Source: Trichoplax adhaerens (lineage: Eukaryota; Animalia; Placozoa). Taken from it: DNA of 64,000 nucleotides. The position numbers were made by a program, and so were the translations under genes. Below the pieces are notes generated by a model that was not told the origin of the DNA, made no database searches, and saw only the letters and a list, made by a program, of their open reading frames with translations. The DNA is taken from NCBI RefSeq assembly GCF_000150275.1, contig NW_002060945.1, positions 9,440,011 through 9,504,010 of the forward strand, read 5' to 3'. Shown piece after piece: positions 51,231 through 64,000 of the stretch (the first letter of the stretch is position 1; each line of letters starts with the position of its first letter).

Positions 51231-51900
51231 AAAATGTGGAGGAGAGCAATATTTATTTTACTCAGCCATTCTTTCTTCACTCTAATCCTAAATCGATTGA
51301 CTAATAGCTAACCCTTACGTAAAGCAAGAAAATTAAAGAAGATAATTGTTTATCATCGTCTATCAGACGAATTTTGTTTCAAACCTCCCTAAATAAGCTA
51401 AAATGGAACACTGAATAAGGAAATAATCTGATTTACTCTGTTGATAATTATCTCGTTTATTACCTAATATAACTTAAAATCGACTTGGTAATCGATAATC
51501 CTAAAGTATCGCAAGAAAAAAATTATAGAAGAAAAATTGTTTATTACAATCTATCGGATATTACTCCACTTCTGTAGGAAAACTCATTTTGTATCTTTAT
51601 ATCCAAAAATAAGCTGAAAGCAATAACCAACGAGAAACTGATGTTATTAACTTTAGTAAAAATGATAGTGTTGATCGCATGTTCTAACTCAAAATTGGTC
51701 TATTAATCACTAACTCTAATAAAAAATAAGAAAAATTGAAGGAGGAAATTATTTATCATGGTCCATCAAATATTACTTCCCTATTACTGGAAAATCCGTT
51801 TTATTATTTTAACCTAAAATAAACTAAAATGAATATCAAATAAAAAATCAGATTTACTTTACTGACAATGATCCCGTTTTCTTAAAATCAATTAACTAAT
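51230..51900. repeat. Degenerate tandem array, ~200-bp unit, ~3-4 copies
   Basis: gcaagaaaa..agaagr.aattgtttatya...ctatc variants at ~51225, 51324, 51511 and 51727. Confidence 0.65.
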
Positions 51901-52479
51901 TGGATCAAGTCAGCCTTAACTTAATTGTACGTGTCTATATTTGCATTCTAATTTGTTTACGAATTGCAATAATGCAATACGATAGCTTAGCCAAGGCAAT
52001 GCCTATTTATGATTCTATTGAATACCAAGTATTCAATTTGACCTATCATTTCTAAAGCTTATCATTATTTTTAATTACTTTATACTCATTGAGCCACTTT
52101 CATTAGTCCCATAATCCAAATCATTTGCTATTTGAGCTAGAATTACCTAGAACTACTGTTGGTTTCTGATAAAACCACTATGGCTCATGTAGTGAATAAC
52201 CTTATCAAAATCTATATCTATGTAATTAGTTTGCAGTTGCGTAGTCATGGTATAACTAATTGAACATATATCCGTATATACGCGTATACTTATACGTAAT
52301 TAATACGTAGTGCTACCGTCATATGAAGATACCGTACTGTTGATTAACATGGTACTATATAGATTAATATATATTTAGAGATAGCCAATACAAAATATGC
52401 CCACGCATTCTTTATACAGTAATGAGTTGGACACTACTCTCGATTTCTTTATTATTGTATAGTATAATTTTCTACTTTC

Positions 52480-53080
52480 ATTCTGATGAAAGACCTTTTT
52501 AAAGTAAACAATTTGCTATTTGTATATCTTCAAACTAATATTGAGCTTATTTGGTTGGATATTTTTTCTAATAATCAATTTATTTGTGATAGTGGTATAG
52601 GCCATGAATACTGTACATTTGTATTCTTTCTTTAATATCTAAACCTTTTGTGAATGAGCAGTTTACTGATGGAATTCTTTCTATTCATCTAATACTAAGC
52701 TTGTTTACAAAAATAAAATGATCCATAGGTGCTATACACAGGTATTTCTGCTTGCCATTCTAATTAAAATCGTTTATATGTAAGTAAATTACAATAAGGA
52801 TATTTTTCTAGTGGTAAGGTACTATGATTTATTTCGATGTATTTCCTTCTATGGTAAGCTTATTTATAAAAATGAGACAGTCCGTAGATATTATGTATTG
52901 GCACTTCTTTTTTTATTCCAACTGAGCCTTTTTTGAATGAGCAATTTGTTACTGAGATGCTTTCTTTCTAATAGTAAGCCATTAAGCCTATTTAACTCGG
53001 TATGCGTATATTTAAAATGGTCCTAATATACTATACGTATTTCTTTTCTATTTTAATAAAAATCCAAATGAGCAATTCAG
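52480..53080. repeat. Degenerate tandem array, ~140-160 bp unit
   Basis: ccttt..tgaatgagca..tt at ~52644 and 52927; taagctt.ttta.aaaaat at ~52697 and 52855. Confidence 0.55.
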
Positions 53081-55417
53081 TGTTGCTTGTAAAGGTGAAA
53101 TGAAAGTACTGTGTTGCAACAGTGTACTAAATTAGAGACAACTTTACTAGATGAACTTTGCTATATTCAATATCTATTCCTTATTTTACAATATATAGAT
53201 TTAGAACATAATTTTTAAGCCATCTCTCACGTAAGGCTTATACGTAGGGATCTTAAAGTCTGCTTTGCTACAATAAATGCAAGATTTGAGTCTCAACTTG
53301 CAGAATTAAGCTTACTAATACGACTTTCTGTGCTGAGATATGCATTAAACATGAAAAATCTTTCGCAAAGTTACAATTTGTTTTGATAACCGCCATTACA
53401 GACTCTAGAAGAGTTTTTAGTATCATTACTCTCCTTCGACTTAATAGTATGTTTCAATTTTTATTTTTACAGCATTCCTAAGCTATGCTTATAATCTAAC
53501 TATCTATTGCTATGCTTTAAGACTGTAGTAGTAGCCTTTAAGTTTATTTATTTTACTTTTATATCGATATAATCAGGCGGGGCATTTCAGTTCCGGTCTT
53601 TATCTATTTCATTTTATTGTTATTGTTTAATTTTACGTAATTTGGCTATTAAAATGATCGTTACTTTAGACAATTTATACGCTATTATTGTAAAGATATC
53701 TTTTAAGGATTATGAATTCTCTTACTGATATACACGTATAATTCAAATCTGTTACGGTTAATAGCATAATTTTAAGGTATATAGCAGTCATTATATAGAT
53801 ATAGAGAGATAACTCACTTCTCCTTTGATTTTGATACGTGATTAAGAACTGAATTTGTCTAGCTAATCATATTATTATCCAATTTAATATATCTTAATAC
53901 AGTACTAGCACGCTATCACTACTGAAAGTATACAGGATGCGAATAATTAAATATATAATTCGAGGTGACTATTTATTGTAGATGTTCTAATCACAACATA
54001 CCAGTAGATATACACTGTATACAATTTTTACCGACGATGTACATTTTAAACAACCTTTTCACACTTATTTATTACGTAATGACAATTTTGGGGGCAGTTG
54101 TAAACAATTTATAATGACTGTTTGCTATATATTCACATCTTACATTACAAAAACGTGATTTACCTTTCTGATCAAAAAGTAAATAATGAAATCCGCATAT
54201 TACTATAGCAAAGCTAGAAATATTGTATAATGCTTCATACTATACGATATGATAGCATTCTTACTTAAATGCATTGAAATAAAATGTTTATATAATATGC
54301 GGGCGAAATGTGCGTTTATATTAATTATATAATTTTACCATATGGTGCCACGCGGAAATGGTATTATTAACATTACTACCACTCCATGTATAAAGATGTC
54401 TATGTAAATTTATGCACCTGATCTTACTTATATTATTGATTTATGCCGAACTACCGCATATATTAAGGGTGCGGTATGTTCATTTTGAATGAATAAATAT
54501 ATCAAATTCACAATATAATCCCATAAAGTTACAACAGTATTTGATTTGTTAAAAATCATTTTCCGACACTATTTGCATATATTGCATATACAAAGCTATA
54601 TGATGTACGGTATATTACTATATATCTATCAACATACTCGTATATGCATACAGAGATATTTTTAAGGAAAACTCTAACTTTAGAGAATAACTGACAGTTA
54701 TTTTCTGCTGCTATATGTATACTCGTATGTAATTAGCAAAAGCATGCAACTCTTGCTTGCTGTTCCTTTCAATTCTTAATCTGTTTTAAGTAATTATCGA
54801 TTCAAGACACTATTGATGTCATCATTAGAGTTTAGCACTTAAAATTAGGAACAACGATACCATTATTGATTCATTCATATATCTAACAAAGACTTGCACA
54901 TATGTTGTATTACAATATTTTATTATATACACTTATGCCTATCCTATACAACATAGTACTGATCACTAGATTAGTCTATAATGATTATCTATTCGGTCTT
55001 TGGCAGTAAGATAAATCATTATAAAAATCTTTTCCTATACTGCACTAAGGATATACAATAGATGTACTGTTGCATTCTAACAATAAGACCTTAAAATAAT
55101 TTTAATATTGCTAATAGATTTAATTGTTTCTACTGTATCATCAAATCAACCCAGCAGAAATTTTTTCTTGTTACACATAATTTCTCATTGAAACTTTTAC
55201 TTGGTCCTATACGATAGTATAAATTACGGGCAACGAATAATATTATAGTGATAGAACATTTCTTAGGTTCAGTTATAATATTACATATCATAGTGTAGTA
55301 GTATCACCTAAACTTTGAGGCAATCCTTAATTAAAAATGCTACTCAGGGCAAGTAATCGACCTTGTTAACAATAATTAATGTCCGCATCATTGAATTAAA
55401 TAGAATATGATTATTAC

Positions 55418-55502
55418 GGTCAATCCCGGGAATCGGCCATTCCTGGGAAAGACCGGGCACTCCTGGGAATGACCAGCAATTTCGGTCAATCTCAGGAATG
55501 AC
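55418..55502. repeat. Cluster of four degenerate copies of the 20-bp palindrome GGTCATTCCCGGGAATGACC
   Basis: ggtcaatcccgggaatcggcc, ggccattcctgggaaagacc, gggcactcctgggaatgacc and ggtcaatctcaggaatgac form a GC-rich island in AT-rich DNA. Confidence 0.8.
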
Positions 55503-57359
55503 ATTAGCAAGCAAATAAGGCATTGCTATCATAGGTAGTATTGGCCCTATAGTATGCTTATTTCAGTTGAAGGAATTCTATAAGAAAAGCTATTGCACAG
55601 AAAATATTGCAATCTATAGCTATAGTCGTACCTCTGTGCGCGCTAAACTCTAGAGACGATGGATTTCACATGATATTCGGCATGCTAGCTTGATTGCATC
55701 GTCATTGATAATTCAACGTTAGCCTGGTCTGAGCCAAGATCTGGTAGCCGTGCGACGGGCTATGCTATACAGTAATGATTAATTGCCTTAGGCTAATTTG
55801 CACCCGTCCGTCTGTTGTGATTTTCACTTGTTTACGATCTCTAGACTATTCTATAGAGATTGAATCCTTTGGAGTCATGCAACTTAAAGGAAATTGTTCT
55901 TTTTCTTATTTATTGCATAGAATTATTAAGGATTAAAACGAAAAATGTTTACCCTTAAATTATTGATATGATGGCTGTAGAACAAAACTCAGCTTTGCGA
56001 GATAAAGTTTATTTTATTTTCGAGCCATATATGCTCTTATTACAAAGAGTAAAATCACAACAATATTCTATATCCTAATAGAAAATATGAGAAAGAACTA
56101 AATTGCATTTACATTTTTAAACTACGCATATATTCACGTCACCATGTTTAGAATCTAAAAATTGTAAGATAGCTTTATAGTCAACAAGATCATAAAACAT
56201 GTTGGAGAGAATTCTTTGAAACCTCTACAATTCTACCTGCAATATAAGCTATGCCGTAATTGGTTACTATTGTTAATATAAACGCTGACAGAATATATAT
56301 TATTTATTAAGATTTAGCTTCGAATATGCCGCAAACAGTGTCCAATATATTCTCATCCTACTATACGATATTCAGTTTCATCACATGTAAGAAAATTTAT
56401 CAGGAAACGATTTTTAACTAAGGTCTTGTGTTATATTTGATAGATAATTGGTAGTCACACCAAGAATTAATATTACATGCAGTTATCTAATTTCATGCAT
56501 GTTTTTGTAGATAGCAGCTTGTTTTTATAATGTTGTTTACATAGGAAAGTGAAAATAAATTTATACTTCAATAAAAGTTACATATGATAGTATTACGTAT
56601 ATAGTATATCAGAGATATTAATGGACACCAAAAGTATACAAATTACTTTTCGATGAAAGGGAATCTTTACGACCTTTTATTAGCACAGTGCTGTGTAAGG
56701 TAATAATCAGACTTCTCTCCATAATCAACATGCATCTACGTACATAGCATGACTATATCGGTACCGATTACAGATGTACAGCACTTTACAGTACAACTTA
56801 TACCAATTTTAATCCACTGGTATAACCTTATATTTTAATCATTTTACATCAACATACTCATGACTCGTATAGCATGTATGCAGATAGTGCACTGTATTAC
56901 ATTCTATTATGATACGACATCTCCTTATCTATAATTAAGATTTATTAAGGAGCATATTTATATTAACTCAAGCTTTTGAAATTGTATGATGACATGAAAA
57001 TACTTCAAATTATCGGTGAAAAATATGGTTTGATTGTACTAAGTAATTTATAGGATGAAGAATTTACTGTAATGCTTAAATTAAAAGCGATGATTAATAA
57101 TAGATCGTGTGATAGTAAATTTACCTTGATTTTATGACTTTATAGGCAAGATGTGATTGTGTTCCTAAAAATAATCCTGTAACTAATTGTATAAGTATAT
57201 CAATCGTCGATAGACAATAATTATAATCCTTGGTAATGTTAGAAGAATCAAATTTGCATAATAAAGTGATATTTTATAAGTAATGATAGTGCTTATGGTC
57301 ATAATTTGAAGATACTTTATCGTCATTGTTAATGGGTTATGAACATTCATTCTAGTTAT

Positions 57360-57690
57360 ATGAAACGATTTAAGATATTGACAAGACTTGGTCAGTTAGC
57401 GATTTGATATCGTCAAAAGGGCAAGGATGAAAGCCTCTGGATTACTCTCCTTAAAATAAGAGAGTATTAGCTTAAAAGAAAGTTTACGTTTTACAACACA
57501 GAATGCCTTTATGCACAGTCGTGTACAAAATGTTCAGCTAGTCGAACTGAGAATGGCGAAGGATGTAAGTCCGGATTGTAATTCTTCATGAGCATCAAGT
57601 CATTGAAAATTGAAAAAGGGAACGTATGACTCAGTAACAATGTTGAATCTAATTAGGATATATTATTTTGAGATATGAGGTATTAACTGG
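57360..57690 (+). pseudogene. Possible decayed TPR-repeat relic
   Basis: ILTRLGQLAI*YRQKGKDE..LKIREY*L and KSLKIEK resemble kinesin-light-chain-type TPR repeats (LA.LY..QGKYDEAL..Y.KSLKI); many stops and frameshifts. Confidence 0.25.
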
Positions 57691-59149
57691 TTCGTAATAA
57701 CGAAAATAATCGGTAAGCCTCAATCTACATTAAACTAAATCAAGAAGGATAACATCTCTTATGTTTCTATTAATATTTTTGCTCTAGTTCTAGTATGATT
57801 AGCCGTTAAAGACATTCAAGTGGATACCTTCTCCTATAGAATTCATTTAAAGCTGTAAGAAAAAATGGGAAGATAAGAGGAAGAAGGAAAGTCTTTCAAA
57901 TGGATTCAATAATAGGAAAGGAATTTATGACTCACTGTTTGTCGTAAACAGTTGGGAGTATTATGGGTAGTTAAGGCGTACAAATTGACACAATGTGTAT
58001 ATTAAGTTGATTTACAGTAGAGTAGTACCAGTAGAAAATAATGAAAGAAACGATAATGATTAAACGAGATTGAAAAGGATCAAATAACTAACATCAGCTC
58101 TTTAAGAAACAGATCATTGGATATTTTTGGCTACAGCTATAACACCATTTTAATGATTATAATTAAGATCTTATTCAGCGTATCGAATTGAATCTGATAC
58201 GCAATCTGTATAGAGCGAATTTGCCGTGGTTTAATTTTAGGATATGATGTCATGGCATAGACTTCAAGCCGTCGATTAATTTAATTTAGTCTATAGGTGT
58301 AACCGTCACTAGCAGTATTCCACAAGAGATAGCAACTTAATCATACCATGGAGTAGCAATTACAAGCATAGCGTAATTATTTATATTTGTTCAATCAGAG
58401 AAAATGAGTTAACGCGGCCGATCCCTGAGATACCAAAGCAATAACGTAATGTGTTAAAATAACAATCCAAGTCATGTAGGCTTATTTCAAGGTATAACGA
58501 TGAATGCGAATAGACGGTACATTAATTTCGCTTTGAATAAAATAATAAAATTTTGTATTTTATTTTAATAAAAGAAACCAGCGATCAATAAAAACTAACT
58601 ATTGATGGCCTGTTCTTTCTGAACTACAATGACTATTGTTGATAGAGTAGACAAAACGTAATAAGGAGGATGCATTTCTATCTGCATGTCGACTCGAGTT
58701 TTGTATTTATCCTACTTTTGGCAGATAGATAGCGTTTTTTATTGCTAGAATCATGACACCTATCTATGATGATGATAAGATGGATAGGATAGTTCCAACT
58801 ACAATCAATGATAAGAAAAGAGATCTTATTATGCAAGGCTGGATATGTTTTCTCCTATCGTCATGCTACCGTTCTCAACATCTATATTTATTTTCTTTTT
58901 TCTTATTGAACGAGCGAAAATAAAGTATCACTTACATAGTAGGAATATTATCAACAATTATTTCCACTACAGTACTGCTCAAACTATTTCCGTAGAATCC
59001 AGATAAAAGCAGTGATTACCCCCTCTATAGCAAGCACTTATAATAGCAAAAAGGGGCTAAATAGAAATTGGAACGGCGTTTGTATTTTTCCCCTTATATG
59101 GAGGTTTACGCTAGCACTATTATTCTCCTTCAATACAAGTAGTTTGTCA

Positions 59150-59450
59150 TGAAAGAAAAGGCTACCGTGCCATAAATGATATTGAAATCTTTCCCTTTGA
59201 ATTATGCTTAAGGAAAGGTTATGTTATGGCTGTCAATATGCCCCCCTCCCATGCAAAAGGTTAAGCCATAAGAAAGAAGAAAAGAGCACAATGCATAAAC
59301 TGAAATTTTTTCTTTAAATGATATTGAAGGAAAAGCGATGTTGCAGGTATCAATATGCCCACATTCAAAGAATAAACTATTCAAGAAAGAAGAAAAGGGT
59401 ACAATGCCTATACATTGAAGGAAAAGTGATATTCTAGGTATCAATAAATC
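59150..59450. repeat. Short degenerate tandem array, ~115-bp unit, ~3 copies
   Basis: gaaaagrgyacaatgc.ta, attgaaggaaaag.gat and tcaatatgccc recur at ~59156-59240, 59280-59360 and 59392-59445. Confidence 0.65.
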
Positions 59451-59679
59451 CACCTTCAACGAGTTTACTAGCAAGAAATTGACGTCTGTTAAATTGAATT
59501 TTGTTAGCGACAACTTGATTGTGGATTACGCAATTCTTCTCTCATTTTTATGTTGAAAAAAGGTTAAGAATGAGAAATTGGCGACGATAGTGATTAGGAT
59601 AAATATCATTCTATCGACTGTTATGCAATCGCTATTGACACTAGGCATCAGTATACTGTGATTTAAGAATGAGCGCTAA

Positions 59680-60830
59680 CTAAAAATGAGTTTGCCGGTT
59701 ACTATCCATGTTATTATCGTCATTAGCTAAGTGGGTACCTAGATGCAACTCATGATCAAGGACTACCGCGACTAGAATCTATCATTTTTAATTTCTAGAC
59801 GAGTTCTTGCGAAGTGATTATGAGTATAGGGTGGAATAAGGGTTTGCAATCGAGGAATAGCTATGCATACACAGATTAAATAATAACCGATTATTATTTC
59901 AGCATAATTCCTAATGATAACAATTGAGGGGGAATAGTTTAATTAAGGATTTTTGTGAATCTATTTAGGAGTAGTTTTACTACATGCACAACATGCCATT
60001 CTCAAGGTAACAGAGCTTAGACGATGATGATTGTCATAGAACTGACGGAATGACTAAAATTAGCCGGTAGCTTTCGCTTTACTCCACAACAGTTTACCTC
60101 TTGCAGGCGATAGAGAATTTTACAATCTAGAAATAACCATCATTTTGTTATTGAGTTTAAGGAATAGTTTAAATAAAGATTCAATTCATGTGTGAGCAGT
60201 CTTAGAGTATACACAACATGCCATTCTCATGCTAAAAGAGTTTAGATGATGATGACTATCACAGAACTGACGGAATGACCAAAATTAGCTGGCAGCTTTC
60301 GATTATTCTCTAGCAGTTTACCTCTAGCATAAAGTAGAGATTGTATACTCAAGCAATGGCTATTATTTTGCTATTCAATCTAAGGAATAGTTTATATAAA
60401 GATTTACATCATGCATGAGTAGTTCTAGAACATGCACAACATGCCATTCTCGGGCTCAAAAAAGTTAGACGATGATGACTGTCACGAAGCTGACGGTATA
60501 ACTAACATTAGCCGGCAACTTTCGATTTACTCCATAGCAGTTTACCTCTAGCATGAGACAAAAGATTTTAAAATCGAGAAATATTGACCCCATATACTGA
60601 TAAAATAAGATGACTACCTTTTTGTTATGCACTAATTTCAGAAATAGCTTCAGTAAAAATTCGTCAATATACGAGAAGCAATTTTTGCAATATACGTCTC
60701 CGACTGAAAAGAATGTAGATGATGGTTACTATTACTAAACTCCCGGAATGACCTAAATTAGCCAGTTACTTTCGATTTACTCAAAAGTAGCCCGTCTCAA
60801 TCGTGACTATAGGAGTCATTAATGTTAAAC
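59680..60830. repeat. Degenerate tandem array, ~225-bp unit, 4-5 copies
   Basis: cacaacatgccattctc at ~59987, 60212 and 60435; ctgacggaatgac.aaaattagccgg.agctttcg variants at ~60042, 60267, 60490 and 60740. Confidence 0.88.
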
Positions 60831-63199
60831 TAGGAAGGGGCTCACTTTTGATTACTTTAGTTTAAGGATTATAAAATTATTAAATATTCATTTAAGGTTG
60901 AAACGATTAGCCCAATTTTCATCAAATTACATGTAATTGATAGATTAGCAAATGATACTTTCCTGTAGAAAAGAAATACCTTGCAACATGACTAGGGGTA
61001 AAATCAATTCAGTTGTAAATCAATGGATCTCATCAAGGTTTTAATGTTATTCTCATTGCCATTCGATATCCCCTTCTTCATAAATACACTAGTGTATCGC
61101 TATTGTGTCATCAAGGACCCGTTAGGCTTTCTCCTTGGCATAATCATTTTGACTTTTTGACAGGTTGATTTTGAATAAGTCAATAGCTGGTGTTATAGAA
61201 AAATCTATTGTTCTTATTGGTTAGTTATATTGTCATTTATTAGGAATGTCTTTTGATAGGAATAGCAAAAGAGGACTCCTACTCTAGCAGTAGCTTAATT
61301 TGATGGTATAAGATAGAAAAGGAAGAAGAAAGAGAAATAAAAATAACCCTGTTAATTGATTAGGCGTTGTTTGTCTGAGTCATTTCCTTTCTAATCACCG
61401 GCGTTACTGAAAGGTAATAAAGTTACCTACAAGCGTTCAACTGACTAATGGAGGCTTATACTTCAAGATTTTATTCATAATCCAATTATCTAAATTTCAA
61501 TAAAAAGAGAAAAAACACCATCTGCTAGTTTACTTTTCATTGATTTTCAACCATTGAAATAACAAGTGAATAGCATTATTCAATCATTGGTTAAAATCAA
61601 TACGCTTTAAATTGAACCCAACTTAAATTAATTTCATATTTTATTAACCATTCGATTATTCTTCAATCAATTCAAAGTCTTCCAATCGTCATACTGTCTA
61701 ACTTAGTTAGTCATGACCATTAAATTCCACTAATCTAACTGATTTTATTGCATAATAATTTTTCATCTTCGACCGTTACAACTTCAATAAATTGACCTCT
61801 ATCTTCTTCAAATCTAGTATAACCTCTCATCAAATTAGCCTTGACGGTAAGTTTATAAAACCAATTCAATTCTTGGTACAACGCTTAGCTAGAGAAGAAT
61901 TTTATAGAATTTCCTTTACTATCCAAAATATCGAACTACATCGAGTTATCCCTGTTGATTGATATCATTTTCTCTGGCAATCTTTTTCTTACTGTCCTTA
62001 CAATCTTCAAACAATCTCACGATTGCATTCCAGAAATGTTTAATTTGTGCTGTAGCTTACTAAAACACATTTCGCGTATGGGCTATCGATCACCTATCTA
62101 ATCCATCCAATAGCTTCAAGATCATCATGTTATTAAAAATATGATTAATCTAATATAATCTTTGATTACATTTGAACTTAGTTTCAGTTAACACTAATTT
62201 ACCGCTATTGAGTTACGCATCGCTTTTGAATGAAAAGAAAATATTTTTTTAAGCTTTGAATTCATTCATTACTCAAATACTACTTTTCTATCTCCAAGAC
62301 TCAACAACACTCCATCATGGCATTTTCTATTAAGAGTACAAACAACATGGTCCATATAGATTCGTTGGATAATTTCAACATTAAAATAATCTACTTAGTG
62401 GTACAAGTGAAACTCAAATATTTTTCAAAAATGAGTTATGATTTTACCTTAGTAGTAACCAAATTTCATTATTTCAATCTTCTACTACAGTCAGCTCCTA
62501 TCCAAAATAGAGTTCTTAGTAAGAAGAAGTATGGCAAAGATTCACGATGAATTATGATTGCAATACAATTCTAAATTGTAATCTTACCTGCTAATTGGGA
62601 TAGATATTATAAAATTGTCACCATCTGTAAAATGGATTACCTGTCATCATTTCAAAACTGGCATGCATTCATTTCTAGCTAGTACCGTACGAGTATACCA
62701 TAGCTGTGTTATGACTTCCTTTGCCATCATAGACTTTTCCACCTCAAATTTTTTAACAATTTACTTTCTATACCCTTCCATGATCTTATAGAATAAAATG
62801 CGATTTATTAACATTGATTTGAAGATGCAGAAAAATGATTCTTCTCGCTTCTATTCATAAATAATTAAATTCGAGTTATTTAACGATTAGAAGTCACACA
62901 GCCATTAAGAATACTTCATATTGTAAAGTAATCATATTTTAGAAGTATTAGCACTTGCTGTTTTATACTAATCGGTAGTTATTATCCTCATCTTAGCATA
63001 CTATGTTGTAGATATACTCCATTTTTATTTTTTAAAGAAGGAAGTAAATTGAAATTGTCATTAACACATCGCCTGAAGTACTTTATTCGAACTAATAATT
63101 AGAAAAAATGAAATCGCCTTTCAATTTTTAATATTCTTATTTTATTTCTAATGTTTAAGAGGATCACTTTCTAAACGTGAGTGGCTTTTATCATCAGTA

Positions 63200-64000
63200 G
63201 CCTGTCTATATTATAATTGATAGAAGGATATTAAGCCGGCTAAGATGAAGAAAATTGAAATCCTATTAAAGCACTCGGGACTATATTTCGCTTCCAGTAT
63301 AGCGCACACTACCTTTCCATGTATGAGTAATTTTCAAGCGTCAATAACCATGTAAACTACTTCATAAACAGGGCGATAGAGGCAAGATATAGTTAAACTA
63401 CCTATTCAGTCTAATTTTAATAATGGAAGGATGACCAATGTTAAAAGATAGACATGCACCCGTAATTATCGATAAATTGCATATACAACTCATATCTAAA
63501 GTCCTTCCTCTATTTGACTATTACGATATACCCGGCACATAAATATAGAGCTAAATTATCCATATTTTCCATCTAACTGTTTTAATTATGAAAAGATGAC
63601 TAACATTAAAAGATAGAAGTAACACCCATGATCATCAATAAATTGCGTATATCTAGGATTCTTCCTCTAAATGACTGTTACGCTGAATCCAGTAGGCAAA
63701 ATATAGCTAAATTATCTATATATTCCATGTAATTCCATTAGGAAAGGATAACTAATGTTAATAGATGCAATACCCATGATTTCCGGTAAATTGCATATAC
63801 CTATGATCTTTCCTCTTCAGAGGTATGAATATTATAGTATACCCGGTATACTAGATATAGCTAAATTATTGACATTCTCAACCCAAATTGCTTATGTAAA
63901 GATGACGAATATCACTAGATAAAAATAACACCCATGATTATCAATCAATTGCATATATCTAGGGGTTCTTCCTCTATATAATTATAGTATTGCGTCAAAT
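63200..64000. repeat. Degenerate tandem array, ~155-bp unit, at least 4 copies, running off the window
   Basis: gatgac.aa..ttaaaagatag..cacccatgattatc.ataaattgcatata..ttcctct variants at ~63426, 63591, 63742 and 63898. Confidence 0.85.

Noticed and set aside
55344-62550. ORFs at 55344-55532, 59208-59513 and 62317-62550
   Set aside because: The first two are translations of repeat arrays; the third has no recognisable motif or exon partners.
1-64000. tRNA, rRNA or snRNA genes
   Set aside because: No cloverleaf or conserved RNA motif was noticed by eye; a covariance-model scan would be needed to exclude them.

Overview
AT-rich eukaryotic (animal) genomic DNA with short GT-AG introns. Compact introns, an intronless class C GPCR and TPR-like relics suggest an early-branching animal, possibly a placozoan such as Trichoplax; this is inference, not established. 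Layout: (1) 1-2.1 kb, a ~140-bp satellite and a heavily decayed piggyBac transposon fossil, both dense in ACTGT/ACAGT pentamers. (2) An 11-exon ARPC2 gene (2168-5221). (3) A ~17-kb tandem duplication (about 8.0-24.8 kb and 26.0-43.0 kb), each copy carrying an intact L1-family/neuroglian-like adhesion gene with 19 coding exons (6 Ig, 4 FN3, TM, FIGEY and STFV tail). (4) An intronless class C GPCR on the minus strand (44132-46747). (5) A 17-kb gene-poor tract of degenerate tandem arrays and possible pseudogene relics. The most striking signal is the mosaic divergence of the two L1 paralogs. Flanks are clearly diverged and Ig4 to TM, introns included, is almost identical. Ig1-Ig2 carry 22 amino-acid changes plus a codon indel against 6 purely synonymous codon differences, and are more diverged than the intron between them. 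This looks like gene conversion of the scaffold with diversification of the recognition tip. All exon models and counts were made by hand.
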